Assembly (NCBI GenBank): GCA_054600435.1
Contig: BAAIJX010000010.1
Coordinates: 1-64,000 of the forward strand
Reading direction: 5' to 3'
DNA: 64,000 nucleotides
Source: Neophaeotheca triangularis
Taxonomy: Eukaryota
The notes below the pieces were generated by a model. It had not been told where the DNA came from and searched no databases. It was given only the letters and a program-made list of their open reading frames with translations. The translations under genes and the position numbers were made by a program. Below are positions 14,381 through 27,353 of the stretch, piece after piece (positions within the stretch are counted from its first letter, which is position 1; each line of letters starts with the position of its first letter).

Positions 14381-17300
14381 TCAAGCTGCTCCAGGAGGAC
14401 CACCATTGACCACAGGCGCACCGCGTCCCCTTCCACCTCTCCCACCTCTGGAGCCCCTACCGCCACGCCCCCCACGGCCACGCGAAGGGTCGTTCAACCC
14501 CGCTGGCGGAGGCATGGCGTTGTAGCTCTGCGGCCTGAAAGAAGGGTTGTTCTGCACGACGCCCTCATTGGGATCACTGCTGTCGACGACCGTGTAACCA
14601 CCTCGGTTACCACCTCGGCCGCGGCCGCGAGCAGCAACAGCAGGTCCACGGGGCACAAAACCGTTTGCGCCGCCGCGTGGGTTTTGGTGGGGTTGTTGGA
14701 GCTGCTGCTGGGGGAGGGCGCCAATGTTGCCATTGGGCATGCCTCCACGGCCGCCACGGTAGCCGTTCATGCCCCCTCGTGGGACGCCGTTGGCTTGTTG
14801 TCCAGACATGGCTCCGCGGAAAGAGCCGCGAAGAGGGGGCGGCGCGGCGGCGTTTCTCAACTGTTGGCCTGGGACTCCGGTGCCACCGACGGTACCCGCA
14901 CCGTAGTGAGGTCTGATGGGCAGTGACTGCTGCTGCGGGGCCCTGGCCCTGGCTTCTTTGGACATGTGCACGACCTGGCGGTCTGTGAGGTTGAGGACGC
15001 TGTTGGACGGGACCGTCGAGCCGCGGAAAGGACTGCAGCGGTCGTTGAGGGTGGTGCCGCTCATGAAGGTGAAGTCAAAAACGACGTCGAGCAGTGTTTG
15101 GCGAGCCGTTCTGGTCAAGCCGACGACCGTACCGCGCATAGCGATAGGAACACGGCCTGTTTCGAGAACGTATACGACGCGGTCGCCTAGCTTGAAACGC
15201 TGACCCGCACAACGCTGTTCAGCGTCCCCAGGCTTCAGCAAGGCCATACGTGGGACGGCGTCGACCTTCTTTCCTTGCGATGGGATGTTAGCGGCGTTCA
15301 GAGCGTCTGAAGCTGCCTCAACCTCCTTGACGGCATCACCGTCCATCTGCTGAGCATCGAGTGGCACCTTGTCGAAGGATTTTGTTTCGACGCTCTTCAG
15401 CCAGGCACCGATCTCCTTCATCTTTGCCTTGGCAACTTCCGGGTCGTCATAGAAAGATGTATCCGCCCAGTCGTCGCCTGTTGGGTTTGCTCCGATTCGT
15501 GCGATGAATTCGGGGAAACGGGTCATGTACTCTGTTAGTAGGTGAATGGCCTTTGGGCTGTATTCCCAGCCGCGTTCCGACTTGCGGCTGTAGCCCAGTA
15601 CCTTCAATTTCTTCGAGTCGAATTTGAGGTTGAGACCCAGGTTCAGACGAAGACCTGAAGAGTTAACATTGAAGGACGCTGTGAGCTTGGACAGCACCAA
15701 GGGATGCAGGTTCAGCGTCTTGGCGACCTGGTAAGAGGGCATGTAAGGCGTGCTGCGCTCGACCCTTTGGGCGACCTGCAGTCCAAACTCGGGCTCCTGC
15801 CCCATGAGCATAGAGAGCCAAACTTCCGCACGCTCATCGGGCTGATGGCCCATGACTTGCAAGGGACGACCGTATGCCATGTCTCCGAGGAAGAACGCAC
15901 GACTTTGGACTGGAAAGTCTCCTTCAAGGGGCAAGGCCTCCTTCTCGATGAAACGCTGGTCTTCGCTGATCACTTGGTCAACAACGGTCTGTGTAGCGTA
16001 ATCGGGCTCGACACCTTGGATCTGTGCGTATTGCTTGACTGTCGCACCAGAATCCAACTTCATCAAGCCGGTGAGCATGTCCACCTGTACAAGTGACTCG
16101 ACCTCGCCGATGACCATACCCAAGCGCTTCGAGTAAACGGACTGGATGCGGTTCGCCTTCTTTTTAAAGTCTGAAATGCCCTGAGGGGGATGCGGGATCT
16201 GGACAATGTTCTGCGCCGTAGGAGGCTGACTTTCGTCTGCGAGATGGTAGGTGAACATCTCGTCTTGAACGGTCCTCACCTTACCTTCCTGCAAGAACGG
16301 ATAGCCAACATGCACCGCTTTGCCAAGCTTCTGCTGCGCATCCGCGATCGTGTTCTTCTCTTCTCCTTCCATGAGGGTGACAGCCATAGATTCGTTCCTG
16401 CTCTCTTGTTGAAAGACGCTGACACCGTGGAAGCCCAGAGTGCCCGTCGTGGGCAGCGTCCGGAGAGATGGGAACCCTGCCAGAGCGGCCTCGCCCAGCT
16501 TTACGCCTTCGACGAGGCCGATGTACACATCCAGCCCTTCCATGGTGGGTAGCTCAAAAATGTTCTCAACGCACTTGCAGTTCTCAAGATCCGGGAACAC
16601 GCCCGGCAAGCTGCTCGGGTAAGTGTAGTTGATCTCGGGAGCATACGTAAACTTCAAGCTCACGCCGAAGCTGTTGCGGTGTTTTTGGTCCTCGCTAAGC
16701 ATGGCGTCTTTCGGCGCCATTGCTCCGAGCAAACGATGCTCATCGATGAAGGGGATCTTCACCACGGCTTCCCAATCTTGCTTCTTCCCGTTCATGTCGA
16801 GCTCGAAGTCGCGGGGGTAGAAATCGATGATGGGGCTAGACGGATCGGTCATCAAGGGGTGGTAGACTTCAGGCACGATCTTCTTTGACCGATCCGGCAA
16901 GACTCCCATGAGTTGCTGGAACGGCCTGAAAGGCTGTCCAAGCCTGAAATCGATGTTCGCTTTCAAGCCCTTCTTGACGTCGCTGATCATGGGAGAGTAG
17001 TGGTATTGGTAGTACCACGGCCATGAGACAACCCCACGGTAGTAGTAGAACAACACCCACTGCAAACCCTGGACGTAATTCTCCGTGAGCTTCGTTAGTT
17101 CAGCTTCGTTCTCAAGACCCCACTCAAATTTCGCCTTGTAGTGCTTGTCCTTCCACTCGACAAACTTGGCGTTGTACCGCTCGTCGGCCTTGCTTTGCGC
17201 GTCTTCTGCACTCATGTCTTGGATCTTCGCACGATCGTACTGCTTGAACACGCGTAGCAACGCGTTCTGCGCCTCCTCGTCGTCTTCGTCCTCGCTGTTG

Positions 17301-18753
17301 TCGCCATCTGCCTTGTCCGGGAATGTAAGATGGAGATGGCGGTTTCCATCACCGTCTACCAAACTCTTACACTGAAGGTGAAGGCTGCTTGCCAGCTCCT
17401 CAACAAACGCGCGATCCTCAGCTTTCAACGTGCTCGGCAGATCCAGTGGGACCACATCTCCCCCAGCTGTTGCCCTGCCGTTCACATAGCGCTTGATGTT
17501 CTGGTATAACTCCTTCTGCCTCGATGTCATGACGACATTTCCCTTGCGCTTGACCTTTTGCATGACGTCTTCCTTTGCGACAGACTTGTCCTTGAGCCAA
17601 CTTGCGTCTTGGTTTTCGTGCTCAAAGAATCGATACTCCACGTGGCTCAGCTCGTCGAGAAGGACCTCGAGACGCTGCATGTTGATGACACCGCCCTCGT
17701 TAATATAGCCACCAGCTTTCGGCAAGATCTGCTTGTACACGCCAAACATGAGCGCCAAGGCACCCTCGTTGATGTGTAGATGCGGCAGATTGGGCAAGAA
17801 GTCGTTGCCGACGAAAAAGGCCATCAGGATGAAGTCGTCTATGACTCGCTCCATGTCGAACTCCGTTCCGCCCAGCGCACCAGGTTGTTTGAGCTCCTGG
17901 AACTCGAGCTCAAGGTACTCACGCACTATGCACAGCTGCATGAGGTAGAAATTTTGGTGCTCCAGCTCCTTGCTCTTAGCCTTGCTCTGTCGCCCAAACG
18001 TCACCTCCTCACGCAGCAGACAGAAGTGTGGATCATGGCTGAGAAGCCCCAACATAATCAAGTCTGCATCCAGCCCGTACAAGCAGTGACGCCTGTTGGG
18101 GTCGTAGTTTGGCTGACTCTTGGCCTGTCTGATGTACTCCATAATCTTGTGTTCTCCCTCGCCAGGGACTTCATGACCAGAAAGAACGATTTCGCATCCT
18201 TGCCAGTCACTGTCCTCGCTCACCTTCTTGGCGACAAAGTACTTGAGCTGTTGCGTCAAGCGCGCCATAAACTCGGTACCGGGAGTGATACAGTTCGAGT
18301 CGAAAGCATCCTCTTTCGGCATCTCCGTACCCTGCGCAATCGCCTTGTTGCGTGCTTCTTCAGCATCGCGAGCAGTCCTGAAACGTCTGGCACGCTGCTG
18401 GTTCATCTTTGCACGTGGCGCAACACCATCGATAGCCATGAAGAAGAGTTGCTGAGGCTTGATCTTGCCAAACAAATGCTCAATGTAGTTGAAGATCTTG
18501 ATGAAGATTTCATCTTCGGTGACTCGGTGCGTGACAGAGTCGCTGTCGGAGTGCGAGCAGTTGTGGATGATGCCGTTCATGTCGAGGTAGAGGCAGTCGA
18601 ACTCGGGGATGCGGTTCTCTGCGATGAGCTGGGAGATGGCCGGATAGCGCTCGCTCATCCATCGAAAGAACTTGGGAACACCTGCGAAGAAGCATGTCAG
18701 TCAGGGTGGCGGTTCGAGTTTCGCCAGCAGCTCAAGGGAGACGGCTTACCCAT
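14381..18753 (-). CDS. XRN1: 5'-3' exoribonuclease 1; exon 1 18753-18750, intron 18749-18682, exon 2 18681-14381
   Basis: Spliced N-terminus MGVPKFFRWMSERYP; motifs FDCLYLDMNGIIH, DGVAPRAKMNQQR, VPGEGEHKIM, YGLDADLIMLGL; about 1430 aa with the long Xrn1-type C-terminal region. Confidence 0.97.
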
Positions 18754-19233
18754 GGTGGCGGCTGCTGTATTTCAAGACGAGCCGCAGTCGGCGCGAGAGT
18801 GAACGGAGCGGTGGTGAAGAAGGAGATAGGTAGGGATGGCTGTAGGAATGAAGCAAAGGGTGACGGCGGGTTTCGCGACACGGAGTCTTCGAGGGGAAGA
18901 AGAGAGGAAGATCACGAGCAGAGAGCTCAGTTAACGTGCATGTATTCGATCGCCTCGTGGAGTGGCCGTGCACCTCCGCATGCGGCAGGTTTAGCGCGCC
19001 CCGATTCCCTGTCATCGGCTTGACGTCGGTACTACTGCGCGTCTCACAGCAGCAAACGCTCTACGCGTGATACGCCGCTGTTCTATACTTCTGGCGTGCA
19101 CTACATCTCTTCACCGAAAGGGCTGTAGACAATCATACGACCTGCTTGAGAGTCCTACATGACCTTTGAGAGTCCCAGCTCTCCCTTACTCAAGAAGACA
19201 TTGAAACAGGAACTTCCTGTCCACACCAAAACC

Positions 19234-20639
19234 ATGGGTACGTCGTGAAGAAAAAGGGAGCCACTCCGAACTGGTCGCTAACTACTCCCAAAGATCTCAC
19301 AAGCTCGGCCAACGATGACAGTGACGCAGTTCAGAACAAGATGATCAACGAAGAGTACAAGGTCTGGAAGAAAAATTCAGTCTTCCTCTACGACATGATG
19401 TACAGGTAAGGGAAACGCCACTGGATCGAAACGTCCATCTCTTAGGTGCTAACTTCATGCAGTCGCGCTCTTGAGTGGCCCACGCTCACGACTCAGTGGC
19501 TCCCAGATGTCAAGGAGGTGCCAGGCAAGCCATCTCGTACTCACCGTCTTGTGCTTGGCACACACACCTCGAACCAAACCACAGACTATCTGCAGATTGT
19601 CCACTTGACCTTGCCAGACCCACCCGCCAGCAAGCCGGAAGACTACAACCCAGCCACTCAGGAACTCGGGGGCTACGGCTCGAACAAAGAGCCCATCAAT
19701 TTTCAAGTCGTGCAGAAGATTACTCACCCAGGCGAAGTCAACAAGGCTCGCTACCAGCCCCAGAACCCCAACATCATCGGCACGTGGGCTGGTGATGGCA
19801 ACGTTTACGTCTGGGACCGCTCCAAGCACCAGTCTATCCCCGCAAACGACGAGCCCAAGCCGCAGGCCACCCTCAAAGGCCACACCGCCGAAGGCTTTGC
19901 GCTGGAGTGGAACCCTTTCACAGAAGGCCAGCTTCTCACCGGTAGCGAGGACACCGTCGTCAACCTCTGGGACGTCGTCAAGGACTTCGACAAAAGCGAC
20001 ACTACCATCAAGCCCTCTCGCAAATTCACTCACCACTCGGCCACCGTCAACGACGTCCAGTACCATCCCGTTTACGGGAAGAACCTCTTCGGTTCCGTCT
20101 CCGACGACCTCAGCATGCAGCTCGTAGACATGCGATCCGAAAAAAGCGACCGACCTGCCCTCCTTTTCAACAACGCGCACACTGACGCCATCAACACCCT
20201 CGCCTTCCATCCGACTATGGACAAGCTCTTCGCCACCGGCTCCGCAGATAAGAATATCAACGTCTTCGACCTGCGCTTCCCTGGCCACGGTGCGATCCAC
20301 ACTCTCCAAGGCCACCAAGACACCATCACAAAAATCGACTGGCACCCTACCGACTCTGCCATCCTCGCCTCCTCTTCCGATGACCGCAGAGTCATCTTCT
20401 GGGATCTGAGCAGGGCAGGCGCCGAGCAGACCCCCGATGATGCAGAGGATGGGCCCCCGGAGATGTTGTTCATGCACGGCGGGCACACGAACAGGGTGTC
20501 AGACTTTAGCTGGAACAAGAACGATCCTTGGGTGGTGTGCTCTGCGGCTGAGGACAACATGTTCCATTGCTGGAGGGCTTCGAGGCAGTTGGTCGAGAGG
20601 CTGCCGGCGGGTGTTCAAAGGAGGGATGTGTCCGTGTAG
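19234..20639 (+). CDS. HAT2: Histone-binding WD40 protein (Hat2/RBBP4/Msi1 family); exons 19234-19237, 19294-19405, 19463-20639
   Basis: NEEYKVWKKNSVFLYD, ALEWPTLTTQWLP, HPGEVNKARYQPQNP, DAEDGPPEMLFMHGGHT; GT-AG introns with CTAAC branch sites. Confidence 0.93.
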
Positions 20640-21505
20640 GGGACTCAGAGCTGAGGGTCAACACGTCTGGGTCATAGCGGGGAGTTTGAGGCGTTCATGG
20701 TGGAAAAGCGGAGAATGAGGCGGTAGGCTGCAGCCTGCTCACAACCTTAGAAGATGTTGTGTGCTGTAGCTAGCTAACATAATGCGTGCATCGAATTTTG
20801 ATCATCGGAACTTTGGACTCAGTAAGACGTGGTCCGGCCACGGCGGGCAGCTGTATGTGTCCCAACAATGCTAGACTCATCGTTACTCTTTCAGCCTACT
20901 AAGAAGCGTACATTCTTGAAGGTGGTGAATTTCCAGATGCAGACTGTGTGGCCAGAGAGCAGCCGTAATACTGATGGCCACTGAAGCTAGTATACTATCC
21001 TGTAGCACCCAGCAGTTGACTGCTTACTGCCAGTTGCAATAGCAGGAATGCGACGATTTGGCTAGCAACTTGGCTTGGCCAGAATATTTCAAGTTACTTA
21101 CAAAAGATAGGAGGTACACCCAAGGCCGCCGGTACGGCCAGCCAGCACTGCGAAGGGATCAGCCAATCACGCAGGGGCTTCGCAGCCACGGTAGACAGCT
21201 CCACGTTGGAAGATGGACCCTGTCCTGGAGAAGCTGCAAGTTGGAAACTCTCTTCCAGGTTCGCGCCCTGCGCGTCGGGTCTTCTGACGCAAAGAGTTGT
21301 GATGATGCTACGGGAGCTGGAAAGCTGGAAGCTGCCCGGCTCGACCGGGTTACGAGGTTGGAGGTAATGCATGCAGGTACACCTAATAAGAGGCATTGAC
21401 TTTCCAAGGCGAGACAAAAGCCTTCGACTCCTCCTGTCTCTACCATCTCCATCCTGCAACCACATTGTCTGTCTATCCAAACGTACCCAACCAACACCAT
21501 ACACC

Positions 21506-22054
21506 ATGTCCAACCCTAAATCCCCGAAACCCCTCAACACCCCCAATCCAAACATGGCCAACAACAGCGTCGGATTAAAGAAGACCACCCCCGCAAACGC
21601 AGCAGCCAAAAACTCCGCCGCCGCAGCTCCCACCGCCGACACCAGCGCCACGGCTACGGCCCAAGACGACGTCGTCAGAGCTGTCGAGAAACTCGAGACG
21701 CGCTCAAAAGCTCTCAATAGCAACAACGTCGCGCGCGTCGCTAATAGCTGGCTCAACTCACACGATGACAAGTTGCACACTATGTACTCGTTGAAGACTG
21801 GGAAGCCTTTGGATAAGTTCCCGCCGACGAGTAGGGACATTGCAAAGTTGAACTGTGAGTCGTCTTTACCTTTGTCTCAGATTGCTGGGGTTGGCTTGTG
21901 GGATGGGATCGTTGGATTTGGCTAACGCTGGATTTGCGCAGTGCCTGCTGTGGATCTCATGCTCAATCATCTGGATGCGGATCGTACTGGCAGTGAGGAG
22001 GCGAAGAAGGAGAGGTTGCGGTTGCAGTTTGGGTTGAGGCCGACCCCTGCGTAG
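21506..22054 (+). CDS. Small hypothetical protein, possibly with a Mug135-like C-terminal domain; exons 21506-21854, 21942-22054
   Basis: GTGAGT...GCTAAC...CAG intron joins ARVANS...GKPLDKFPPT...IAKLN to LPAVDLMLNHLD...AKKERLRLQFGL. Confidence 0.7.
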
Positions 22055-22411
22055 ACGAGTTTGCAGACGGGGCGGGCAAGTTCATGTGCTGTTGTACAGA
22101 AGGGCTTCGCTCCGAGCGACCTGGATGTAAAATAGTCGTGTGCAGGATTTGCTCCCAATGGCGAGGCTTGTATAGTATTGTCTTGATACAGTCCCTACCT
22201 ACTGTATGCATTGTCGCTAGGCGCCAGGGACAGACTCGACTCCCGAATTTGGCGCCAAAGTCTCCCCAGCCAACCCCACTCTCTCTCCACGTTGCATGTG
22301 ATACGCGCCCTCTTGACTTCAACCGACACTCTCTGCCAGTGACTATTGCCGTCGGGACAAATCTAACACATAACATCACACGCTGGTATTTTGCGACGTA
22401 CAATCGACACC

Positions 22412-24031
22412 ATGGCGTCTAACGACGACAGTCGTGATCCTCAAAAGCCAAAAGACCGCTGGATGAACGAACACGATTGGCAAGCCTTCTTCGCAGAGCA
22501 AGACGCCAGTCACGAACGTTGCAAACAACGACTACGAACATCCATGGATCCCGCTTTGTATCAAGCCAGGCACCCGGAGCCGCGAAGAGCAGACGAACCT
22601 TTGTCGATCGATGCCAACCCCTTCGTGGCTTTCCGACATTTTATCGACAGCAACTTACACGCCCTCGCCGACAGCTTCAAGAGCCTCCCCTCTAATGTCG
22701 CTGATATACGCAATGCTAGTCGAGAGAGAGAACGAGATAAGTTCGAGGAGCTTCGACGCTGGACAGGGGATGACACTGGCTTGGAACCGCCAGCGTGGGC
22801 TACGTTTTCGGCAAAGGAACGGGAACACGGGCTCATGACCTTGGGCATATTGATGGGGCAATCAATGTCGGACAAGAACGTGGGAGTAACGAGAGAAGCG
22901 GTGGCCGCTCTATGGCAAGATGCGGAAACGAATTCCCTGCCGTTCGCGCGCGTCGATGCCTATGCTACCCCGAGCTTATCGCCTGGAGGCGCCTGCTACT
23001 ACGTCCGCGAGAATGAGGACAATTTACCAAGCACCGCCAATTGTGCTCAAACAGAACGAGAGTTCAGATGGCTGAGCCCGACTTGGTTTCGTCGGAGTCC
23101 ATATTCCCCCGTTGCCCTGAACACCACGCAAAGCGCCACGGGCATCAACTACCGCGCAGCACTCGAGGATTTGTTGTCGGCCTCTCTCGACAAACCTCTA
23201 CAGCCACTTCGCACCTCTCCAATCGGCACGCGATGGCCCTCGTCGGTCTCTCAGCCGGCTTGGGAGGCGCCAGGCGTAGACTGGATGCTTAGCCTTTACT
23301 GCCGGAAGATTTTGCCCTGGCCTGCTGACGCCGAGGGTAACGTATTGCAGCAGGTTTTCAGCGAATTGCGGGATGCCGTCATGGTCAAAAGCGAGCCAAA
23401 GCCTTTTGCATGCCCATTTCATCGAGCGACTGGTGATACGCCCGAACACCCAGAACGCTGGCAGCAAGAGCGAGAAGCTCTGGGTTTGGCCGAGGAAGCT
23501 CCCTCCAACGACGACGACGATGATGAATTTAATCCGTTGGATGTCGAACTGACGCTAGAAGAATGGGCAGTCATGCTTGAAGGCATGAAAAACATGTTCC
23601 GAGATACCGATGAAGGCCCAGACGAGGCCGCCGTAGCCAAAATTGTCGCAGACCTCAAAGGGCATACGCAAGCCCCGCCAAACATCGCGGAGGGGGTCGA
23701 AGAGCGAGACGAACAACCCTACGAACCAGGGCAACGCGAAGAGACTGCCCGGCCATCCCTTTCAACCTCACGACAAGAAGAGCTGTCAACCAGCAAGCAA
23801 ACCAAACCTGCCGTCCTGTCCGCTTTGACAACCACGCAGACAACGCGCTTGCCCGACGGTACGGTTACGACAAAGGTTGTGCTGAAGCAGCGGTTTGCCG
23901 ATGGCAGGGAGGAGACGGAGGAGAAGATGCATACCTATCTTGAGGATGAGCAGAGCGCGGATGACGGCCGTGTGGCTCAGTGTGAGAAAGTCGAGGAGAA
24001 ACCGAGGAAGGGAGGTTGGTTCTGGATTTGA
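22412..24031 (+). CDS. Fungal hypothetical protein (539 aa)
   Basis: Long uninterrupted ORF with CACCATGG start; C-terminus TTRLPDGTVTTKVVLKQRFADGREE...GWFWI. Confidence 0.85.
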   Translation: MASNDDSRDPQKPKDRWMNEHDWQAFFAEQDASHERCKQRLRTSMDPALYQARHPEPRRADEPLSIDANPFVAFRHFIDSNLHALADSFKSLPSNVADIRNASRERERDKFEELRRWTGDDTGLEPPAWATFSAKEREHGLMTLGILMGQSMSDKNVGVTREAVAALWQDAETNSLPFARVDAYATPSLSPGGACYYVRENEDNLPSTANCAQTEREFRWLSPTWFRRSPYSPVALNTTQSATGINYRAALEDLLSASLDKPLQPLRTSPIGTRWPSSVSQPAWEAPGVDWMLSLYCRKILPWPADAEGNVLQQVFSELRDAVMVKSEPKPFACPFHRATGDTPEHPERWQQEREALGLAEEAPSNDDDDDEFNPLDVELTLEEWAVMLEGMKNMFRDTDEGPDEAAVAKIVADLKGHTQAPPNIAEGVEERDEQPYEPGQREETARPSLSTSRQEELSTSKQTKPAVLSALTTTQTTRLPDGTVTTKVVLKQRFADGREETEEKMHTYLEDEQSADDGRVAQCEKVEEKPRKGGWFWI

Positions 24032-24895
24032 TTCTTGAAACTGTCGGAACGTGTCAAATGGGCTCCATTGATCGTGATCTCCGACGAGCAGATGGGCGCA
24101 GGGGCTGCGAGATGCTGCTTGGGTTTTCATTTTCGAGTCCCAGTCCCCTTGAACCCTGCCCTGGCAACTATCTGGGAGGATCGTTCCCATCCCAATGAGC
24201 CAGGAGTCGCGCTCGCCATATTCTGAACATCTCCGAGGCGGGCGCAATTAATTCCAAGAGGCGCAAAATCGCAAAACACTCCGCTTTCACTTATCACAAC
24301 TACGAGCAAACTATCCCTACTAGACGATGCGCAATGCCAACTTCGGAAAGGGCCTAGCTTGCGCGTGCTCGCTCGGAGGGAATGGTTCGCTCGTTGTCAA
24401 GGAAGACGCAGAAAGCCAGACGGAGAGCGAGAATTAACAGCAGCCCTTTAAGGCTGGATACTAAGGCTGGACATTAGAACTTGCCGAATGGTAGATGGAT
24501 GGAGTCGTTCGAAGGTGGGCGGAGAGTTTGACATGAGATAGGCCCCTTTCTTAGCGGTCGGTCATTGATTTTGGGACTTTACGGTGAATAGACAGAATCT
24601 AATATTTAGCATCTACCTAGTCGCGTCAGAGCAAAGCTTTATGAATTGTTGGTCGAACAATGCAATCTTGTATTCTTACATGTGGCCCAATACAGCAAAA
24701 AACAGCCAGCTACTAGCGCAAAGCTTAGACCATGTCGGTTTCCGACTTTTGAGGTTCGACTTCAACTTTCGCGTTCGCGACTTGCTCGACCCACCAACTT
24801 CCACCTCTGCAAACACCGCGACAGAAGAAGCATAACGCCAGCGCGACACCCGACCACGGCCACAAACTCAACTGAGCCTCGCGCACCCTTCCATC

Positions 24896-26226
24896 ATGGC
24901 CGACGAAGGAATCGACCGCAAGGAAGATGAGAGGATGGAGTTTGAGACGTCGAGTGAGGTGCAGGTCGCGCCGACTTTTGAGAACATGCACCTCAAGGAC
25001 AGCCTGTTGCGCGGCATCTACGCTTACGGCTACGAAAGACCTTCGGCTGTCCAGGCGCGTGCGATTGTGCAGATTTGCAAAGGCAGGGATACCATCGCTC
25101 AGGCGCAGAGTGGTACGGGAAAGACTGCGACATTTAGTATCAGCTTGCTTCAGGTCCTCGATACCAATGTGCGCGAGACTCAAGGTAAGATGAGAGGCCT
25201 ATGAGGGTGCTACAGCACGCTTAGCTGACATGTGTACAGCACTCGTGCTCTCACCTACTCGCGAGCTAGCCACCCAAATCCAGTCCGTTGTCATGGCTCT
25301 CGGCGACTACATGAACGTGCAATGCCACTGCTGCATCGGCGGCACGAACGTGGGAGAAGACATGCGCAAGCTCGACTATGGTCAACACGTCGTTTCCGGG
25401 ACGCCAGGTCGTGTTATTGACATGATTCGTCGCCGCAATCTACGCACCCGCAACGTCAAAATGCTAGTCCTGGACGAAGCCGATGAGCTGCTCACCAAAG
25501 GCTTCCGCGATCAAATCTACGAAATCTACCGCTACCTTCCGCCGGCCACACAGGTCGTCGTAGTTAGCGCCACCCTCCCTTACGACGTCCTGGACATGAC
25601 CACCCGCTTCATGACCGACCCCGTGCGCATCCTCGTCAAGCGTGACGAGCTCACCCTCGAGGGCCTTCGCCAATACTTTATCTCGGTGGAGAAGGAAGAA
25701 TGGAAGCTCGACACCCTCACAGACCTCTACGATACCCTCACTATCACGCAAGCCGTCATCTTCTGCAACACGCGCCGCAAGGTCGAGTGGCTGGCCGGCA
25801 AGATGCTGGAGCAAAACTTCACAATCTCGTACATGCACGGCGAGCAGCCGCAAAAAGAGCGTGACACCATCATGCAGGAATTCCGTCAAAGCCACAGTCG
25901 CATCCTCATCACAACTGACGTCTGGTCCCGCGGCATCGATGTCCAAAACGTCTCGCTCGTCATCAATTACGACTTGCCCTCCAACCGTGAGAACTACATC
26001 CACCGCATCGGTCGCTCGGGTCGATTTGGCCGCAAGGGTGTCGCCATCAACTTCGTCACGGCGGACGACGTGCGCATTCTGCGTGACATTGAGTGTAAGT
26101 CCTCTCCCAACTACTGCAAAGAGAACCGCGACAGCTAATCATAATCCCTGCGTCCTGCGGATAGTGTTCTACTCAACCAACATCGAAGAGATGCCCGTGA
26201 ACCTGGCGGATATGATGGGGACTTGA
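24896..26226 (+). CDS. FAL1: DEAD-box RNA helicase eIF4A-III; exons 24896-25184, 25240-26094, 26165-26226
   Basis: [36 protein letters not shown]; eIF4A-III-type [15 protein letters not shown] and EKEEWK. Confidence 0.95.
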
Positions 26227-27353
26227 GGTGGCTCGACCATTACGAAGCAAGGACTAGACAAGCTGATGTCCCAAAAGCACCACGACCATTGGGGCAATCC
26301 TATGGTCACAGACGCTGGGGGCTCGACGCCGAAGGGGTCATCCGGATATTAATTTTAAGAAGGTTCCCCGAAACGAACAAGTGAGGCAATCAAGGCTCAA
26401 ACAGTGGGTGGAAATGGGTAGATGAACCAGAATGGTAAGTTTGCTTTTGTCTTCCTTGCCATTCACATATTTGGGATAGTAGCTGACGTCCTCTGGAGAA
26501 AGCATACCTATTCCATTGATCAATGTGCCGAACCGAGCGCGCCCCTCCTCCTTTTTAATCTTCTCTGGGCCAGTGTTGGTGGGGCGGCCACTTTCGGTTA
26601 ACAGATTGCCCTGAACGCTTGCTCCTGGAATGTGGTTACGTTGTGGTGGGCGTGCGTCAGTTACGCATGTGAGAGCCACTGGTACTAACGAGTCTACGAG
26701 ACGGAGGTATAAACCTACATCTGGCGCGAAACAAAAGAGTTGGGATGAGTGAAGTTTCCAAGGCTGTTGGCATAACAGGGTTCTGAACTGGTAAGCTAGG
26801 GTGTATTTGGCCGATTTCCAGCGTTCAGGGGTCGGTGGACAGACAACAGGGGCAATAACATCTTTCGCACTGATCGGACTTTGGGATTGGTACATGTTCA
26901 TATTCGACTGCTTGCAAAAGCATCGCAATAATTGCACGATCGAGGTTCTCAAATCACACATGTCACGTTCGGCCGTCACAGATACTGACGACCGTACCTC
27001 TCGGAGTCTGGTGTCTTGGCATTTCTCTCGGCCTACCCACGTTTCGGTGCTCCGGCGCCGTTGCAGGCGCCAACGGAAGCTGGCCTCGCGCCTGCAACGT
27101 TCTCGCCAGACCCTTATTTCTCCTTCCATGCATGCACCCAGCACCCTTCAACTTCCCTGCGACTCTTCTGCCTCCTAACCCACGCTCCCCCTGCATCCAT
27201 CCCCCTTAAAGCCGGCAAACCCAGCCCAGTCCCATCCAATACCTAAACGCCCGGTCTCCACAGATGTGGCCTTTGTACACACAGGAACCATTAGCACCAT
27301 AGATCGGCAACCAACAAACACCTAAATCGCTAGATCTCTTTCAATCCAGAATC

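Noticed and set aside
26338..27144. 268-aa minus-strand ORF between FAL1 and MIM1
   Set aside because: No recognisable motif, weak start and non-protein-like composition; cannot be supported without transcript data
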